DNA of 64,000 nt from Candidatus Latescibacterota bacterium. GTDB lineage: Bacteria; Krumholzibacteriota; Krumholzibacteriia; WVZY01. Of the stretch, positions 19,601 through 29,037 are shown in pieces. Position 1 is the stretch's first letter. Every line of letters begins with the position of its first letter. The position numbers and the translations under genes were made by a program. The notes beneath the pieces are model-generated. The model saw only the letters and a program-made list of their open reading frames with translations, made no database searches and had not been told where the DNA came from. Location: the NCBI GenBank assembly GCA_011772205.1, contig WVZY01000077.1, forward strand, positions 9,145 to 73,144, in the 5' to 3' direction.

Positions 19601-19788
19601 AATGTTTCCACAACAGCTGTAGCGAAAAGCTCCCTCGCATCCAGCGGCATGTCGCTTCCTGTGTTGTACTCGTGAAAGATGTATCTCTTAGGGCTGCTCT
19701 TTTCAGGAGCCTTTCGCGCGAAGCTCCCCCAGGAAACCAGCATCAATGTCAACACCGCAATAAAAAGGCAAATCCATCGCCGTTTCAT
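16696..19788 (-). CDS. Large secreted Cys-rich protein, paralog A, with C-terminal FlgD-Ig/T9SS type A-like sorting domain
   Basis: AAGGAGG SD; signal peptide; MAM/InhA-like FRFRFDSD...GAIVIDSI; C-terminal LAQNYPNPFNPSTTI...SSGVYFY...KMILLK. Confidence 0.88.
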   Translation of the reverse strand: MKRRWICLFIAVLTLMLVSWGSFARKAPEKSSPKRYIFHEYNTGSDMPLDARELFATAVVETFVLADFDFDGPGMADPQGWFGVDLTAPMGVFFHVDDFSGLNGGDFGGLVPIEGNQSLWCGARPNASDTYLCSYKKLPGYGNSWGQRFQSVEFATSGDVTLSFKAHHDTEPYCDYTYVQYRNKDGAWVDLLALDGDGDITANLTVPADSLDGSVIFRFRFDSDTGWSDQDGMYNSDGAIVIDSILVSDTASTLDYQDFESEAVGDTATADGDWYADAKLAYGDFAGLFPGSAVLQEDPCVHNLSFLWGFFKGSTVDMACAGHPAQKAVPYGKEVDGGMLYLTNEIWSPLIDWDTDIYGSPVPSDADAAYFEIDVYEDNPFTELVAFIWHARTWIGGCPGDWRDRAWINFGYGPRWHRWIESYADLIDPGAEQIQLALGCYDLCGFYCNSYQPPDCHRHGPLYDNVRFIRVRVTGPQFSVRDIDLFNDTFPEGGDSLGTARIGAAIDITSYLDGHNVPGDSAIITVSEPTFGLGSDPNTGFGSAVYFYLSRDPQSKPMPLDKIVEDSYRWPVVDSVICGSRKWYQFRLDTCFTEHSGPRTGPAPDRFCIDVNDHFFTNGDTLWFFFGATDANVTSTWWSQFTGTVDDIEEACAAPMEMQILPSGYGGNILYVDQFSGRGAEPYFNSAFEMIGIMDWVDRFDKRGPSSLVGNGLTGRMWSVQNQLFPNYRKIIWNSGNLNRGTVGDMSANETDDFAMLYFFMDQHPDPVGAGIYFSGDNMASEWETLTNPSSSQFISTYIPYQLVDDDHTVSFSISPLVIGEDGGIFDHGVPLEEDTIVVYGGCPGINDFDVIRPVASTTLEMTYGGSGAANDGAVVAYDTLNALGNPVAVVLSGFSFHYIRDDVPAGVPDRVDHLVSVLRHLFSLPVEDPSGADATPYYTNSLAQNYPNPFNPSTTIKYSIKERAHVTLKIYNVAGQLVKTLVNEENPAGEYAKGWNARNDAGQPVSSGVYFYKLVTKKFVKTRKMILLK

Positions 19789-20091
19789 CAGCTTCCTCCT
19801 TATTGAAGAGAATCACCCATGAATTTGAAAAGCAGTAACTCCCGTATTCCCCGCCAAATGAACTTGTACTCCTTGCTGGAAATGATGGAATCAACATTTC
19901 GCGGGCTGCAGTTCAATGCGAGGCGCTGTATGAAGTCGCGGCAGTGATGTAAAGAAAAATGAGAGAAGAGATCAGTCGGTGAAGCAATCCAGGTAGTCAA
20001 CGAGAATGCACCTCGCACCCTATGTTTGCAGGTGCGCGGGAGAGGTGCACGACAGAACATCTGCCTTCCCCCCCAGGTAGTCGGCTGATTC

Positions 20092-20123
20092 ATTATATTA
20101 CCATAGATTACTTTAATTTTCAA
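20092..20123 (-). promoter_or_regulatory. Sigma70 promoter for paralog A
   Basis: TTGAAA-17nt-TAATAT with TG extension and an overlapping TATAAT. Confidence 0.6.
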
Positions 20124-20325
20124 GGAATCACTTAATTCGCAGCGCCCTCGACCTCCTGCGAAAAAATCTCCTTGTCCTGCTCCAGCGACATCCCTCAGAA
20201 TCCCCACGTAAGAGCCGATCTCACAGGCGTCTGAGCCCTGACAGAGGTGCTCGACCTCCTGGCCGGCTTCTTGCAATCAGAAAAATGATAACCCATTGTG
20301 AATAAAAATCATCCAGTAGTCAGCG

Positions 20326-22137
20326 ATGCGTGAAAACCAGCATAACGCTTCCCTTGAGAGTGACTTTACGCTCGAAGCCGTGGCCGGCGCGCTCGGGCGC
20401 TCCGGTTTTCTCAGCCTCCCGCAAATCAAAGAGATATCCAAGTCTTCCGTCGTGAAGCGAGCACACCTCAGGAACAAGCTCAAAACCAAGGAGTCCGATA
20501 AGCCTTTCGTGTCACCGGTCGAGATCATTGCCGAATTTGGCTTTCCGAGCACGAATCCCCGGCGGGATCAAATGGACGAAGCCGAGATCTGCGAGGCGCT
20601 CTCTAGAACGATGAATGTCCCGTTCGTTCGGATCGATCCTCTGAAGCTCGACGTAAAAAGTGTTTGCAGCATCGTTTCCAAACCGTTTGCCCGAAAACAT
20701 CTTCTCGTCCCCATCAAGATCAAAGGCGGGGCGCTCACCGTTGCCATGGTGAATCCATTCGACCGCGAAATGATCAACAGCCTCGAAGACGTTACCGGCT
20801 GCACGGTGGTGCCCGTACTCGGGATGAGGAGCGAGATTCTAAAAACGATCAACGAGGTCTTTGCGTTCGAGCACAGCCTGATGAAAGCAGAGAAGCTCCG
20901 GGATGCCGGCTATGACCTGGGAAATCTCGAACAGCTCGCCGAAATGATGACCGAGGAGGAAATCGACGCCTCCGATAAACACATCATCAAAGCCGTCGAC
21001 CTGCTATTCCAGTATGCATATGAACAGCGGGCGAGCGACATCCATCTCGAGCCGAAGAGGGACAAAGGCGTGGTGCGCCTTCGAATCGACGGCAGGCTCC
21101 ATGACACCCACTCGATTCCCAAAAAGATCTACCCTTCTTTCGTTTCTCGAATCAAGATCATGGCACGGATGGACATCGCTGAGAAGCGCAAGCCTCAAGA
21201 CGGACGCATCAAAACGAGCTCAAAAGATGCCGAGGTGGAGCTCCGTGTTTCCATTGTTCCCGTCGCATTCGGGGAAAAGATCGTCATCCGCATATTCGAT
21301 CCCAGCGTTCTCATGCAGGATCTCTCCTCGCTCGGGTTTTTCCCCGATCAGCTGGAGGCGTTCCAGAGATTTTTACACCGTCCATACGGCATCATCCTCG
21401 TCACCGGACCGACGGGGAGTGGGAAAACGACGACCCTTTACTCGGCGCTTCGGTATCTGTCGAATCCGGAAGTCAACATTACGACGATCGAGGATCCCAT
21501 CGAGATGATCTATGAGCCGTTCAATCAGATCGCCGTTCAGTCCCAGATTGGCATCACGTTCTCCACCGCTTTGAGGAACGTCCTCCGTCAGGACCCGGAT
21601 ATTATTATGGTCGGAGAGATTCGCGATCGAGAGACGGCCGAGTATGCGATCCAGGCGGCTCTCACGGGCCATCTGGTTCTTACGACACTCCACACGAACA
21701 ACGCCGTTGGAGCCGTTACGCGGCTTACGGACTTGGGAGTGGAACCGTTTCTCATTGCATCTACGGCTCTCGGTGTGATTGCCCAGCGCCTTGTCCGGAT
21801 GGTGTGCAAAGAGTGCGATGTTCCCGCCCAGATCTCTGAAGAAGAGAAACGTCTCCTTTGCCTAGAAGATGACGTTGATCTTTCTAACTTGCGCGCAGGA
21901 AAAGGATGCGAGAAGTGCCGCAATACGGGCTATAAAGGACGCACAGGGGTTTACGAAGTTTTGGAAGCAACGGAGGAAATTCGCCTGCTAGTCAGGGACT
22001 GTGCGGATGAGAAGGACATCGAAAGAGCTGCGCGGCGCTCTCAGATGAGACCGCTCCTCTCGAGCGCGATAGAGAATCTCATTGCCGGAAAAACGACGGT
22101 TGAAGAGATTTTGCGCGTCGTTCCGCTGGCCGGATAA
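20326..22137 (+). CDS. GspE/PulE/PilB-family secretion or pilus ATPase
   Basis: ASDIHLEP, RKPQDGRI, GPTGSGKTT, TIEDPIE, LRQDPDIIMVGEIRD, TGHLVLTTLH, CKEC/CEKC zinc site. Confidence 0.95.
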   Translation: MRENQHNASLESDFTLEAVAGALGRSGFLSLPQIKEISKSSVVKRAHLRNKLKTKESDKPFVSPVEIIAEFGFPSTNPRRDQMDEAEICEALSRTMNVPFVRIDPLKLDVKSVCSIVSKPFARKHLLVPIKIKGGALTVAMVNPFDREMINSLEDVTGCTVVPVLGMRSEILKTINEVFAFEHSLMKAEKLRDAGYDLGNLEQLAEMMTEEEIDASDKHIIKAVDLLFQYAYEQRASDIHLEPKRDKGVVRLRIDGRLHDTHSIPKKIYPSFVSRIKIMARMDIAEKRKPQDGRIKTSSKDAEVELRVSIVPVAFGEKIVIRIFDPSVLMQDLSSLGFFPDQLEAFQRFLHRPYGIILVTGPTGSGKTTTLYSALRYLSNPEVNITTIEDPIEMIYEPFNQIAVQSQIGITFSTALRNVLRQDPDIIMVGEIRDRETAEYAIQAALTGHLVLTTLHTNNAVGAVTRLTDLGVEPFLIASTALGVIAQRLVRMVCKECDVPAQISEEEKRLLCLEDDVDLSNLRAGKGCEKCRNTGYKGRTGVYEVLEATEEIRLLVRDCADEKDIERAARRSQMRPLLSSAIENLIAGKTTVEEILRVVPLAG

Positions 22138-22384
22138 AATTCGTTCGTCCACTATCCGGATACGCACCCTACGGCCTATTGCTTGGCAAAGACGATACGA
22201 CCACTGGCTGCGTAAACTTCGCACAATCGCTGGGCAGGCAAACACCATACAGCCGCTGTCCGGGCAAGCAAAACTTATAGATGCGACAATACGAAGGGGC
22301 ACTCCGCGCCTCAACATCTCGCTGAAATCGCGTCGTACCCCCTCGCACGATCTTAACCAGGCAAATCTTCCCTCTGCTCTCCCC

Positions 22385-25300
22385 CTACTTCAAAAGTATC
22401 ATTTTCTTCGTCTGCGTGAAATTCTTCGTCACAATTCTGTAGAAGTACACGCCACTGGAGACCGGATTGCCCTCGTCGTTGCGGCCATTCCATCCCTTGG
22501 TGTATTCTCCCGCAGGCTTCTCCTCGTTCACCAGCCTCCTCACCAGCTGACCCGCCACGTTGTAGACCTTCAAGGACACATGCGCACGCTCCTTGATCGA
22601 GTACTCTATGGTGGTAATCGGATTGAACGGGTTCGGGTAGTTCTGGGCGAGGCTGTTCGTGTACCGTGGCGTTTCGCCAATTCCCGTGGGATCCGAGGGA
22701 AATGATACCAGGTGCCGGATGATATCGACCAAATGATCGTCACGATCCGATAGCGGTGCAGGAACATCGTCGCGGATGTAGTGGAAGCTGAATCCAGAGA
22801 GTACTACGCTGACCCGGTTCCCCAGTGCGTTCAACGTGTCGAACGCCACAACGGCACCGTCGGTGGCCAAACCTGTACCACCATAGGTCATCTCCAGACT
22901 CGTTCCTCCTGCCGGCTGAATCACATCGAAGTCATTGATCGTCGGACAGCCGCCGTAGACAACGATCGTATCTTCCTCGTCCGGCACACCATGGTCGAAG
23001 ATTCCTCCATCCTCGCCAATCACCAGCGGCGACTTGCCGTGGCTGCCGGTATGATCGCCGCTGACCAGATTGTGCGAAATGAACTTGTTGATGAAGGCTG
23101 ACGAGGAGGGATTGGTCAAGCCGGCCCATTCCTCGGCCATGTCATCACCGGAGAAGTAGATCCCTTCCATGGTCGGATTTGGATGCTGATCGAGGAAGAA
23201 GTCGAGCATCGCGAAATCATCCGCTTTAATATTGGAGCCATCCCCCACCGTCCCGCTGGAAAGATCTCCCGAATTCCATATGATCAGTTGGTAATTCGGG
23301 TGGAGCTGCTGTGCAACGTCTCGCACGTGATATCCTAAAGCATCTGCCGATAAAGGACCCACAAATGCACCACGCTTATCGAATCGATCAACTAGATGAT
23401 CGATCTCCAATATTTCAAACGCGGAATCAAAGTATGGCTGAGCTCCACCAGCGTTGAATTGATCGACATAGAGAATATCTCCCCCTCTCGCCGGACCTGC
23501 ACCTGGGAGAATCTGCATCTCCATAGGCGCCGAGGCAGCCTCTGCGATATCCCATGTCGTACCGGATCCCTGACTCCAGTAGGTTTCCTCGCCCAATGTG
23601 TTCTCAGCACCAAAGAAGTAGTACAGCGTATCGCCGTTTGTAAAGAGGTGGTCGTTTACATCGATACAGAATCCGTTAACGCGGATGGATACGCACGAAC
23701 CATTGGACCTGGTACAAGCCGTATCGCAACGGAATTGATACCATTTCGTGCCGCTAATGACCGTTGAATCGACCAGAGGCCAGCGGAAGCCGTCTTCTTC
23801 CAGCATATCCCCCATTTTCCCTGGCTGGCTCGGTGGATCGATTGAAAGGTAGCAGTAGACGGCCGAGCCAAATCCGCTTTTCGGATCGGGCTCCTTGAGA
23901 CCGGCGTCCGGATCGTAGCAAGTTACAACCGCTGAATCGCCAGGTATAATGTTTGGGTCACTATAGGCTATATCGTGCGCCGCATCGATACGACCTGTTC
24001 CTAAAGATGTCCCATTCTCGGGGAACGTATCCTGGAAAAGGTCTAAGTCACGGGCACTCCACTGGGGGCCGTTCGTCGAAATACGCCGGATCTCGACATT
24101 ATCGAACAGCGGCGAATGGCTGTGGCAGGGATCGAGAGAACCGTCAAAAAACCATTGCATATCCACAACGCCCAACGCAATCTGTATGTGAGAAGCGCCC
24201 GGATCGATATATTCACCTAAGGTGTAGGTGCTTCTGGACCAATCCTTGCGGGGACCATAGTAGATTCCAGATCCCTGGTCTTTCCACTGACCGGGACATC
24301 CATCTTTCCAGGATCGAACGTCCCATGTGTAATAGACGTAGAGGCCTGGCAGATCCCGGTACACATCGAACGATAACTCGATTGTCGATCCAACTCCGGC
24401 CAGAGCAACCGGTGGTGACCAGATCGAATTAGTGATGTATTGGTCATACTCGTTCTTTTTTGGAACCGCAATCTGTTCGGGGTGGCCGCCACAAGCGTAG
24501 GTTTCAGTAGATCCCATGATAAACGCCCACATGCAGCTGTAATTCCAATGGCAGGGATCTTCCTGCAGCAACGCTGAGCCTGGAAAGAGACCGGCAAAAT
24601 CCCCGTACCCTGACTTTACGCAGCATTCCCAGTCGCCGTCCGTGGTGGCCAGATCGCCAGGGGACTCATCCTCGAAATCCTCGAAGTCATAAGTAGTGAG
24701 AGCCGTCTGTACGGTAATGCTGTCAACCAGTACGGCCCCGTCCGTGTTCAAGAAGCCGTCTTGATCTGAATACGCACCATCGGATCCGAAGTGGAAACGG
24801 ATTTTTACGAAACCATCGTGTCCAGCAGGGATGGCGTCGGTCCGCAGCTGTTTGCTCCCAGTACCGTCGAATGTCGCGATGTTAACCCAATCATCACTGG
24901 CGATATCATCAATGTTTTCTATGGAGTCGCACGAGGTATTCGTCGCATATTCGAGGTATGTTTGGTCAAATCCCCCTTCAGAATCCCACGCGATGAGATA
25001 GCTGATAGCAATCGCCTCAGTATCCGGCACCTCAATACACTTGAAGCACCACCCTTGATCCCAGTCGTTTCCATACCCAGGCAGTGCGGCGTAGACACAT
25101 AAGACAGGATCTGCGGTATCCGGCCGCGCGCCGCACCAGGCCGATTGGTCGCCTTCCAAAGGCACTAGGAGGCCGAAGTCCCCTCCGTCAAGACCTGTAA
25201 AATCATCGACATGGAAGTAGCAGCCAAGTGCTGCTGTCCAGTCTTGACCGGTCCAACCTTCGTTCGTACAAAACACACCTCCCACATCAAATGTCCAGGA

Positions 25301-25507
25301 GCCAAGGATGACCGTGTCCGCCTGTAAGTATGACCTGAGTCCCTGCTCTTCCAAAGGACGATCCAAATCCAGGACGCTTAAAGGCTCTGGCTGTATTTCC
25401 CAGTTGGCTGGATTTCGCTCTTGAGAGACTTTGCGCGCAGATAGAAGCGATGCTAGCAAAGAGATCATCACCAAAGCGAACAACGTTTTTCTCGTGAAGG
25501 CGCTCAT
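22385..25507 (-). CDS. Large secreted Cys-rich protein, paralog B, with C-terminal FlgD-Ig/T9SS type A-like domain
   Basis: AAGGAGG SD; colinear with paralogs A and C; NYPNPFNP...KKMILLK. Confidence 0.88.
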   Translation of the reverse strand: MSAFTRKTLFALVMISLLASLLSARKVSQERNPANWEIQPEPLSVLDLDRPLEEQGLRSYLQADTVILGSWTFDVGGVFCTNEGWTGQDWTAALGCYFHVDDFTGLDGGDFGLLVPLEGDQSAWCGARPDTADPVLCVYAALPGYGNDWDQGWCFKCIEVPDTEAIAISYLIAWDSEGGFDQTYLEYATNTSCDSIENIDDIASDDWVNIATFDGTGSKQLRTDAIPAGHDGFVKIRFHFGSDGAYSDQDGFLNTDGAVLVDSITVQTALTTYDFEDFEDESPGDLATTDGDWECCVKSGYGDFAGLFPGSALLQEDPCHWNYSCMWAFIMGSTETYACGGHPEQIAVPKKNEYDQYITNSIWSPPVALAGVGSTIELSFDVYRDLPGLYVYYTWDVRSWKDGCPGQWKDQGSGIYYGPRKDWSRSTYTLGEYIDPGASHIQIALGVVDMQWFFDGSLDPCHSHSPLFDNVEIRRISTNGPQWSARDLDLFQDTFPENGTSLGTGRIDAAHDIAYSDPNIIPGDSAVVTCYDPDAGLKEPDPKSGFGSAVYCYLSIDPPSQPGKMGDMLEEDGFRWPLVDSTVISGTKWYQFRCDTACTRSNGSCVSIRVNGFCIDVNDHLFTNGDTLYYFFGAENTLGEETYWSQGSGTTWDIAEAASAPMEMQILPGAGPARGGDILYVDQFNAGGAQPYFDSAFEILEIDHLVDRFDKRGAFVGPLSADALGYHVRDVAQQLHPNYQLIIWNSGDLSSGTVGDGSNIKADDFAMLDFFLDQHPNPTMEGIYFSGDDMAEEWAGLTNPSSSAFINKFISHNLVSGDHTGSHGKSPLVIGEDGGIFDHGVPDEEDTIVVYGGCPTINDFDVIQPAGGTSLEMTYGGTGLATDGAVVAFDTLNALGNRVSVVLSGFSFHYIRDDVPAPLSDRDDHLVDIIRHLVSFPSDPTGIGETPRYTNSLAQNYPNPFNPITTIEYSIKERAHVSLKVYNVAGQLVRRLVNEEKPAGEYTKGWNGRNDEGNPVSSGVYFYRIVTKNFTQTKKMILLK

Positions 25508-25687
25508 TTCCCGACCTCCTTCAAGAAATGATTGTGATGATAATGAAATAAGGGATAGAAGAGGAAGAATTCTTGTAGCGGGCTTCTTTGAAGATTAAAG
25601 ATCTCCACAAGCCGTTCCGGATCACGGGACAGGATCCAAATAGGACTGGGCTTGTGGGTCACGCAACGAAACAAGACCGCCGCCCCC

Positions 25688-25736
25688 GTTCAATAATTGA
25701 ACTATTTTTTGTATCATATAATTCCGCAAAATTCAA
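25688..25736 (-). promoter_or_regulatory. Promoter for paralog B with a 7-1-7 palindromic operator candidate
   Basis: TTGAAT-17nt-TACAAA (TG-extended); GTTCAAT-A-ATTGAAC at 25688-25702. Confidence 0.45.
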
Positions 25737-25923
25737 TCATATAAGACGCTAAATTCTTGGCTCGTCCTGCCCTGCAGTCATCTTATTAAATCAGAAACTT
25801 ACTCGATCCTAACTGCTTACCACGTAGGCGATTTCCTGCATCCCATGCATTCAATCATCAAAAAAACGTGGGCCTGTGAGTCAATCACCGGCCCTGGTTC
25901 CATCCCTCGATTCGAATCCATTC

Positions 25924-28900
25924 TTACTTCAAAAGTATCATCTTCTTCGTCTGCGTGAAGTTCTTTGACACAATTCTGTAGAAGTACACGCCGCTGGAAA
26001 CGGATTCACCCGCATCACTGCGGCCATTCCATCCCTTGGTGTATTCTCCAGCAGGCTTCTCCTCGTTCACCAGCGTCCTCACCAGCTGACCCGCCACGTT
26101 GTAGACATTCAAGGACACATGCGCGCGCTCCCTGATCGAGTACTTGATCGTCGTACTCGGATTGAACGGGTTCGGGTAGTTCTGGGCGAGATCGTTCGTG
26201 TAGTGCGGTGTATCGCCTGCTCCAGTTACATCGGGAAGAGTATGCCTGAGAAAATGGAGAATGTCCCTCAAATGATCAATGCGATCTTTTACTCCCAAAG
26301 GAAGCCCATTATCTCGAATGCAGTGGTAGCTGAATCCGGAAAGCACCACCCCGATAGGATTCTCGAGCGCGTTCGTCGTTTCATATGACACCACGGCACC
26401 GTCGGTTGGATCATTCGTGCCGCTGTACGTCATTTCGAGATTTGCGCCGCCTAACGGCTCGATCATGTCGAAATCATTGATGATCGGGCAGCCGCCATAG
26501 GCAACGATCGAGTCGACACCCCAATAATAAGTGTCGAAGATCCCGCCAACCGTGCCCGCCACCAGCGGCGACACGTCATGGTTTACCGTATGGTCGCCCG
26601 TGACTAGGTTGTGCGGGATGAATTTGTCGATGAATTGAGTCGAAGAAATCCCCGTCAATTCCACCCACTCCTCGGCCATGTCATCACCGGAAAAGTATAT
26701 TCCAGCACCTATTGTGTTTGGATGCTGATCGAGGAAGAAGTCGAGCATCGCGAAGTCGTCCGTTTCGTTCGCGCTCCCATCGCCTACCGTTCCATGGGCT
26801 AGGTCCCCCGAGTTCCAAATGATCGTTCTATAAAACGGATGCAGTTGGTTCCCGATGTTGACGACACGGCCGGCAAGCCCGTTCCCAGCCAGCGAGGATG
26901 GTCCCCGCTTATCGAAACGGTCGACCTGCTCCCAAATCCCTGATTCCATGAGCGCCGTGTCGAAAAACGGCTGAGCTCCTCTCCCACTGAAGTTGTCGAC
27001 GTAAAGGATGGTCCCGCCTCTCGCCGGACCAGCACCCGGCAGAATCTGCGTCTCCATTGGTGCGGCGCAAGCTTCATTGATGTTGGCACCAATCCCGGAG
27101 CCCTCGCTCCAGTACGTCGTGTTCGCACCCGCATCGGTAGCACCAAAGAAGAACCATAGAGTGTCCCCATTGGTGAAGAAGTGGTCGTTGACATCGATGC
27201 AAAACCGGTCGTAGACCGCTCCCATCCGTGGGCCGGAGCGCCCAGAAAAGACCGTATCGCATCGGAACACATACCACTTCCGCCCATCGCAAATGACCGA
27301 ATCCACTACCGGCCAGCGGAAGCCATCCTCCACTATTTTATCGAGCGGCATCGGTTTGCTACGAGGATCGCGGCAAAGATAGAAGTAGACGGCAGGTCCG
27401 AATCCGGTATAACCATCGATCCCAATGCCCAACTCTGGCTCGCTCACCATCACAATTGCCGAGTCACCAGGAACATTGCTCCCGTCAAGATACTGTGTAA
27501 TATCGATCGCCGCATCAACTCGCCCCGTTCCAACGGCCTGTCCATTTTCAGGGAACGTGTCATTGAAAAGATCGATGTCCCGGACGCTCCACTGCGGGCC
27601 GACTGTGGAGATGCGCCGGATGATGACGTTATCAAAGAGTGGAGAATGACTGTGACACTCCCCTGGCGAACTAGAACTGCACCATAAAGGACACATATCG
27701 ATAACACCAAGTTGGACCTGAAGGTGTGAAGCCCCGGGCGCAACCAGATCTCCCACCCAGTTAACGGATGTCGCCCAATCCTTATGTGACCCATAATAAA
27801 CGAAGCCCCGACCCTTCCAATGACTCGGACAATCATCGACGATGGACCGAATATGCCATGTATAGTAGATTAAGCTTGGAATGGGGAGATCTCGATAAAC
27901 ATCGAACACAAATTCAAAGTGGGATCCGGTACCAGTGATGGCCACCAATGGGGAGCGGATGGCGTTGTTTATGTACTGACCCTGTTCGTTCCCTTTCGGG
28001 ACTGCCAGCTGCGCTGGAAATCCGCCGCACGCATATGATTCCGTGGAACCGTTGACGAACGCCCACATGCACGTGAGATTCAACTTGCAGGGGTCTTCTT
28101 GGACCAGAGTAATTCCCGGGAAAAGACCGGCAAAATCGCCAAAGCCGGACATTATACAGCATTCCCAGTCGCCATCCGTCGTGATGAGATCACCTGGAGA
28201 TTCATCTTCAAAATCTTCGAAATCATAGACGGTCAGCGCAGTTCGAACGGTGATACTGTCAACAATCACCGCACCATCTGTGTCCCACAAACCATCCTCG
28301 TCGGACCAGGCAGCATCGGACCTGAAACGGAATCGAATCTTCACATGACCCTCATGTCCTGCAGGGATGGTGCCGATCCTCAATTGTTTGCCCCCAACAT
28401 CGTCGAAGGTCGCTAGGTTGACCCAATCATCGCCAAGGATATCATCTATGTTCTGCAAGGAGTCACATGTGCTCTTTGTCGCATACTCGAGGTATGTGCA
28501 GTCAAATCCCGGTTCAGAATCCCAGGCGATGAGATAGCTGATGGCAATCGCCTCGGTATCCGGAACATCGATGCACTTGAAACACCAACCCTGATCCCAT
28601 GCATTTCCATATCCCGGAAGCTTGGCGTAACCACACAGGATCATGCTTGCCGTATCCGGTCGAGCTCCGCACCAGACTGATTGGTTGCCCTCAAGAGGAA
28701 CTAAGTTACCGTAATCACCGCCGCCCAGACCAGCGAAGTCGTCGACATGAAAATAGCAACCGGATTGCTCCGTAAGATCATGCGTCGTCCAGCCTTGAGC
28801 ATCGCACACAAGACCTGAATCGAACGTCCAATAGGCTAACACAAGCGTGTCCGCCAGAGCGGCAGATCGAGGAACCAGCACACCCGAGTGGTAATCCATA

Positions 28901-29037
28901 TCGAGGGGGGTGGAATTATCGAGCCGCATTTTGGCACGCCCCGAGTTCGGACCTACTGATGCCTCCCTCGCCATCGCCGACGCTATCGATACGGCAATGA
29001 CGATCATCATCCCGAACATGAAAGCTCTTTTCTTCAT
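25924..29037 (-). CDS. Large secreted Cys-rich protein, paralog C, with C-terminal FlgD-Ig/T9SS type A-like domain
   Basis: GGGAGGG SD; colinear with paralogs A and B; NYPNPFNP...KKMILLK. Confidence 0.88.
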   Translation of the reverse strand: MKKRAFMFGMMIVIAVSIASAMAREASVGPNSGRAKMRLDNSTPLDMDYHSGVLVPRSAALADTLVLAYWTFDSGLVCDAQGWTTHDLTEQSGCYFHVDDFAGLGGGDYGNLVPLEGNQSVWCGARPDTASMILCGYAKLPGYGNAWDQGWCFKCIDVPDTEAIAISYLIAWDSEPGFDCTYLEYATKSTCDSLQNIDDILGDDWVNLATFDDVGGKQLRIGTIPAGHEGHVKIRFRFRSDAAWSDEDGLWDTDGAVIVDSITVRTALTVYDFEDFEDESPGDLITTDGDWECCIMSGFGDFAGLFPGITLVQEDPCKLNLTCMWAFVNGSTESYACGGFPAQLAVPKGNEQGQYINNAIRSPLVAITGTGSHFEFVFDVYRDLPIPSLIYYTWHIRSIVDDCPSHWKGRGFVYYGSHKDWATSVNWVGDLVAPGASHLQVQLGVIDMCPLWCSSSSPGECHSHSPLFDNVIIRRISTVGPQWSVRDIDLFNDTFPENGQAVGTGRVDAAIDITQYLDGSNVPGDSAIVMVSEPELGIGIDGYTGFGPAVYFYLCRDPRSKPMPLDKIVEDGFRWPVVDSVICDGRKWYVFRCDTVFSGRSGPRMGAVYDRFCIDVNDHFFTNGDTLWFFFGATDAGANTTYWSEGSGIGANINEACAAPMETQILPGAGPARGGTILYVDNFSGRGAQPFFDTALMESGIWEQVDRFDKRGPSSLAGNGLAGRVVNIGNQLHPFYRTIIWNSGDLAHGTVGDGSANETDDFAMLDFFLDQHPNTIGAGIYFSGDDMAEEWVELTGISSTQFIDKFIPHNLVTGDHTVNHDVSPLVAGTVGGIFDTYYWGVDSIVAYGGCPIINDFDMIEPLGGANLEMTYSGTNDPTDGAVVSYETTNALENPIGVVLSGFSYHCIRDNGLPLGVKDRIDHLRDILHFLRHTLPDVTGAGDTPHYTNDLAQNYPNPFNPSTTIKYSIRERAHVSLNVYNVAGQLVRTLVNEEKPAGEYTKGWNGRSDAGESVSSGVYFYRIVSKNFTQTKKMILLK

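Noticed and set aside
19789-20325. Known riboswitch (c-di-GMP, TPP, SAM, cobalamin, glycine) or hammerhead in the leaders
   Set aside because: Diagnostic conserved motifs were not found by eye; kept only as unknown structures
22385-26200. Near-identical 3' ends of paralogs B and C as a DGR template/variable repeat pair
   Set aside because: Both copies are coding, the differences are not adenine-specific, and no reverse transcriptase is present
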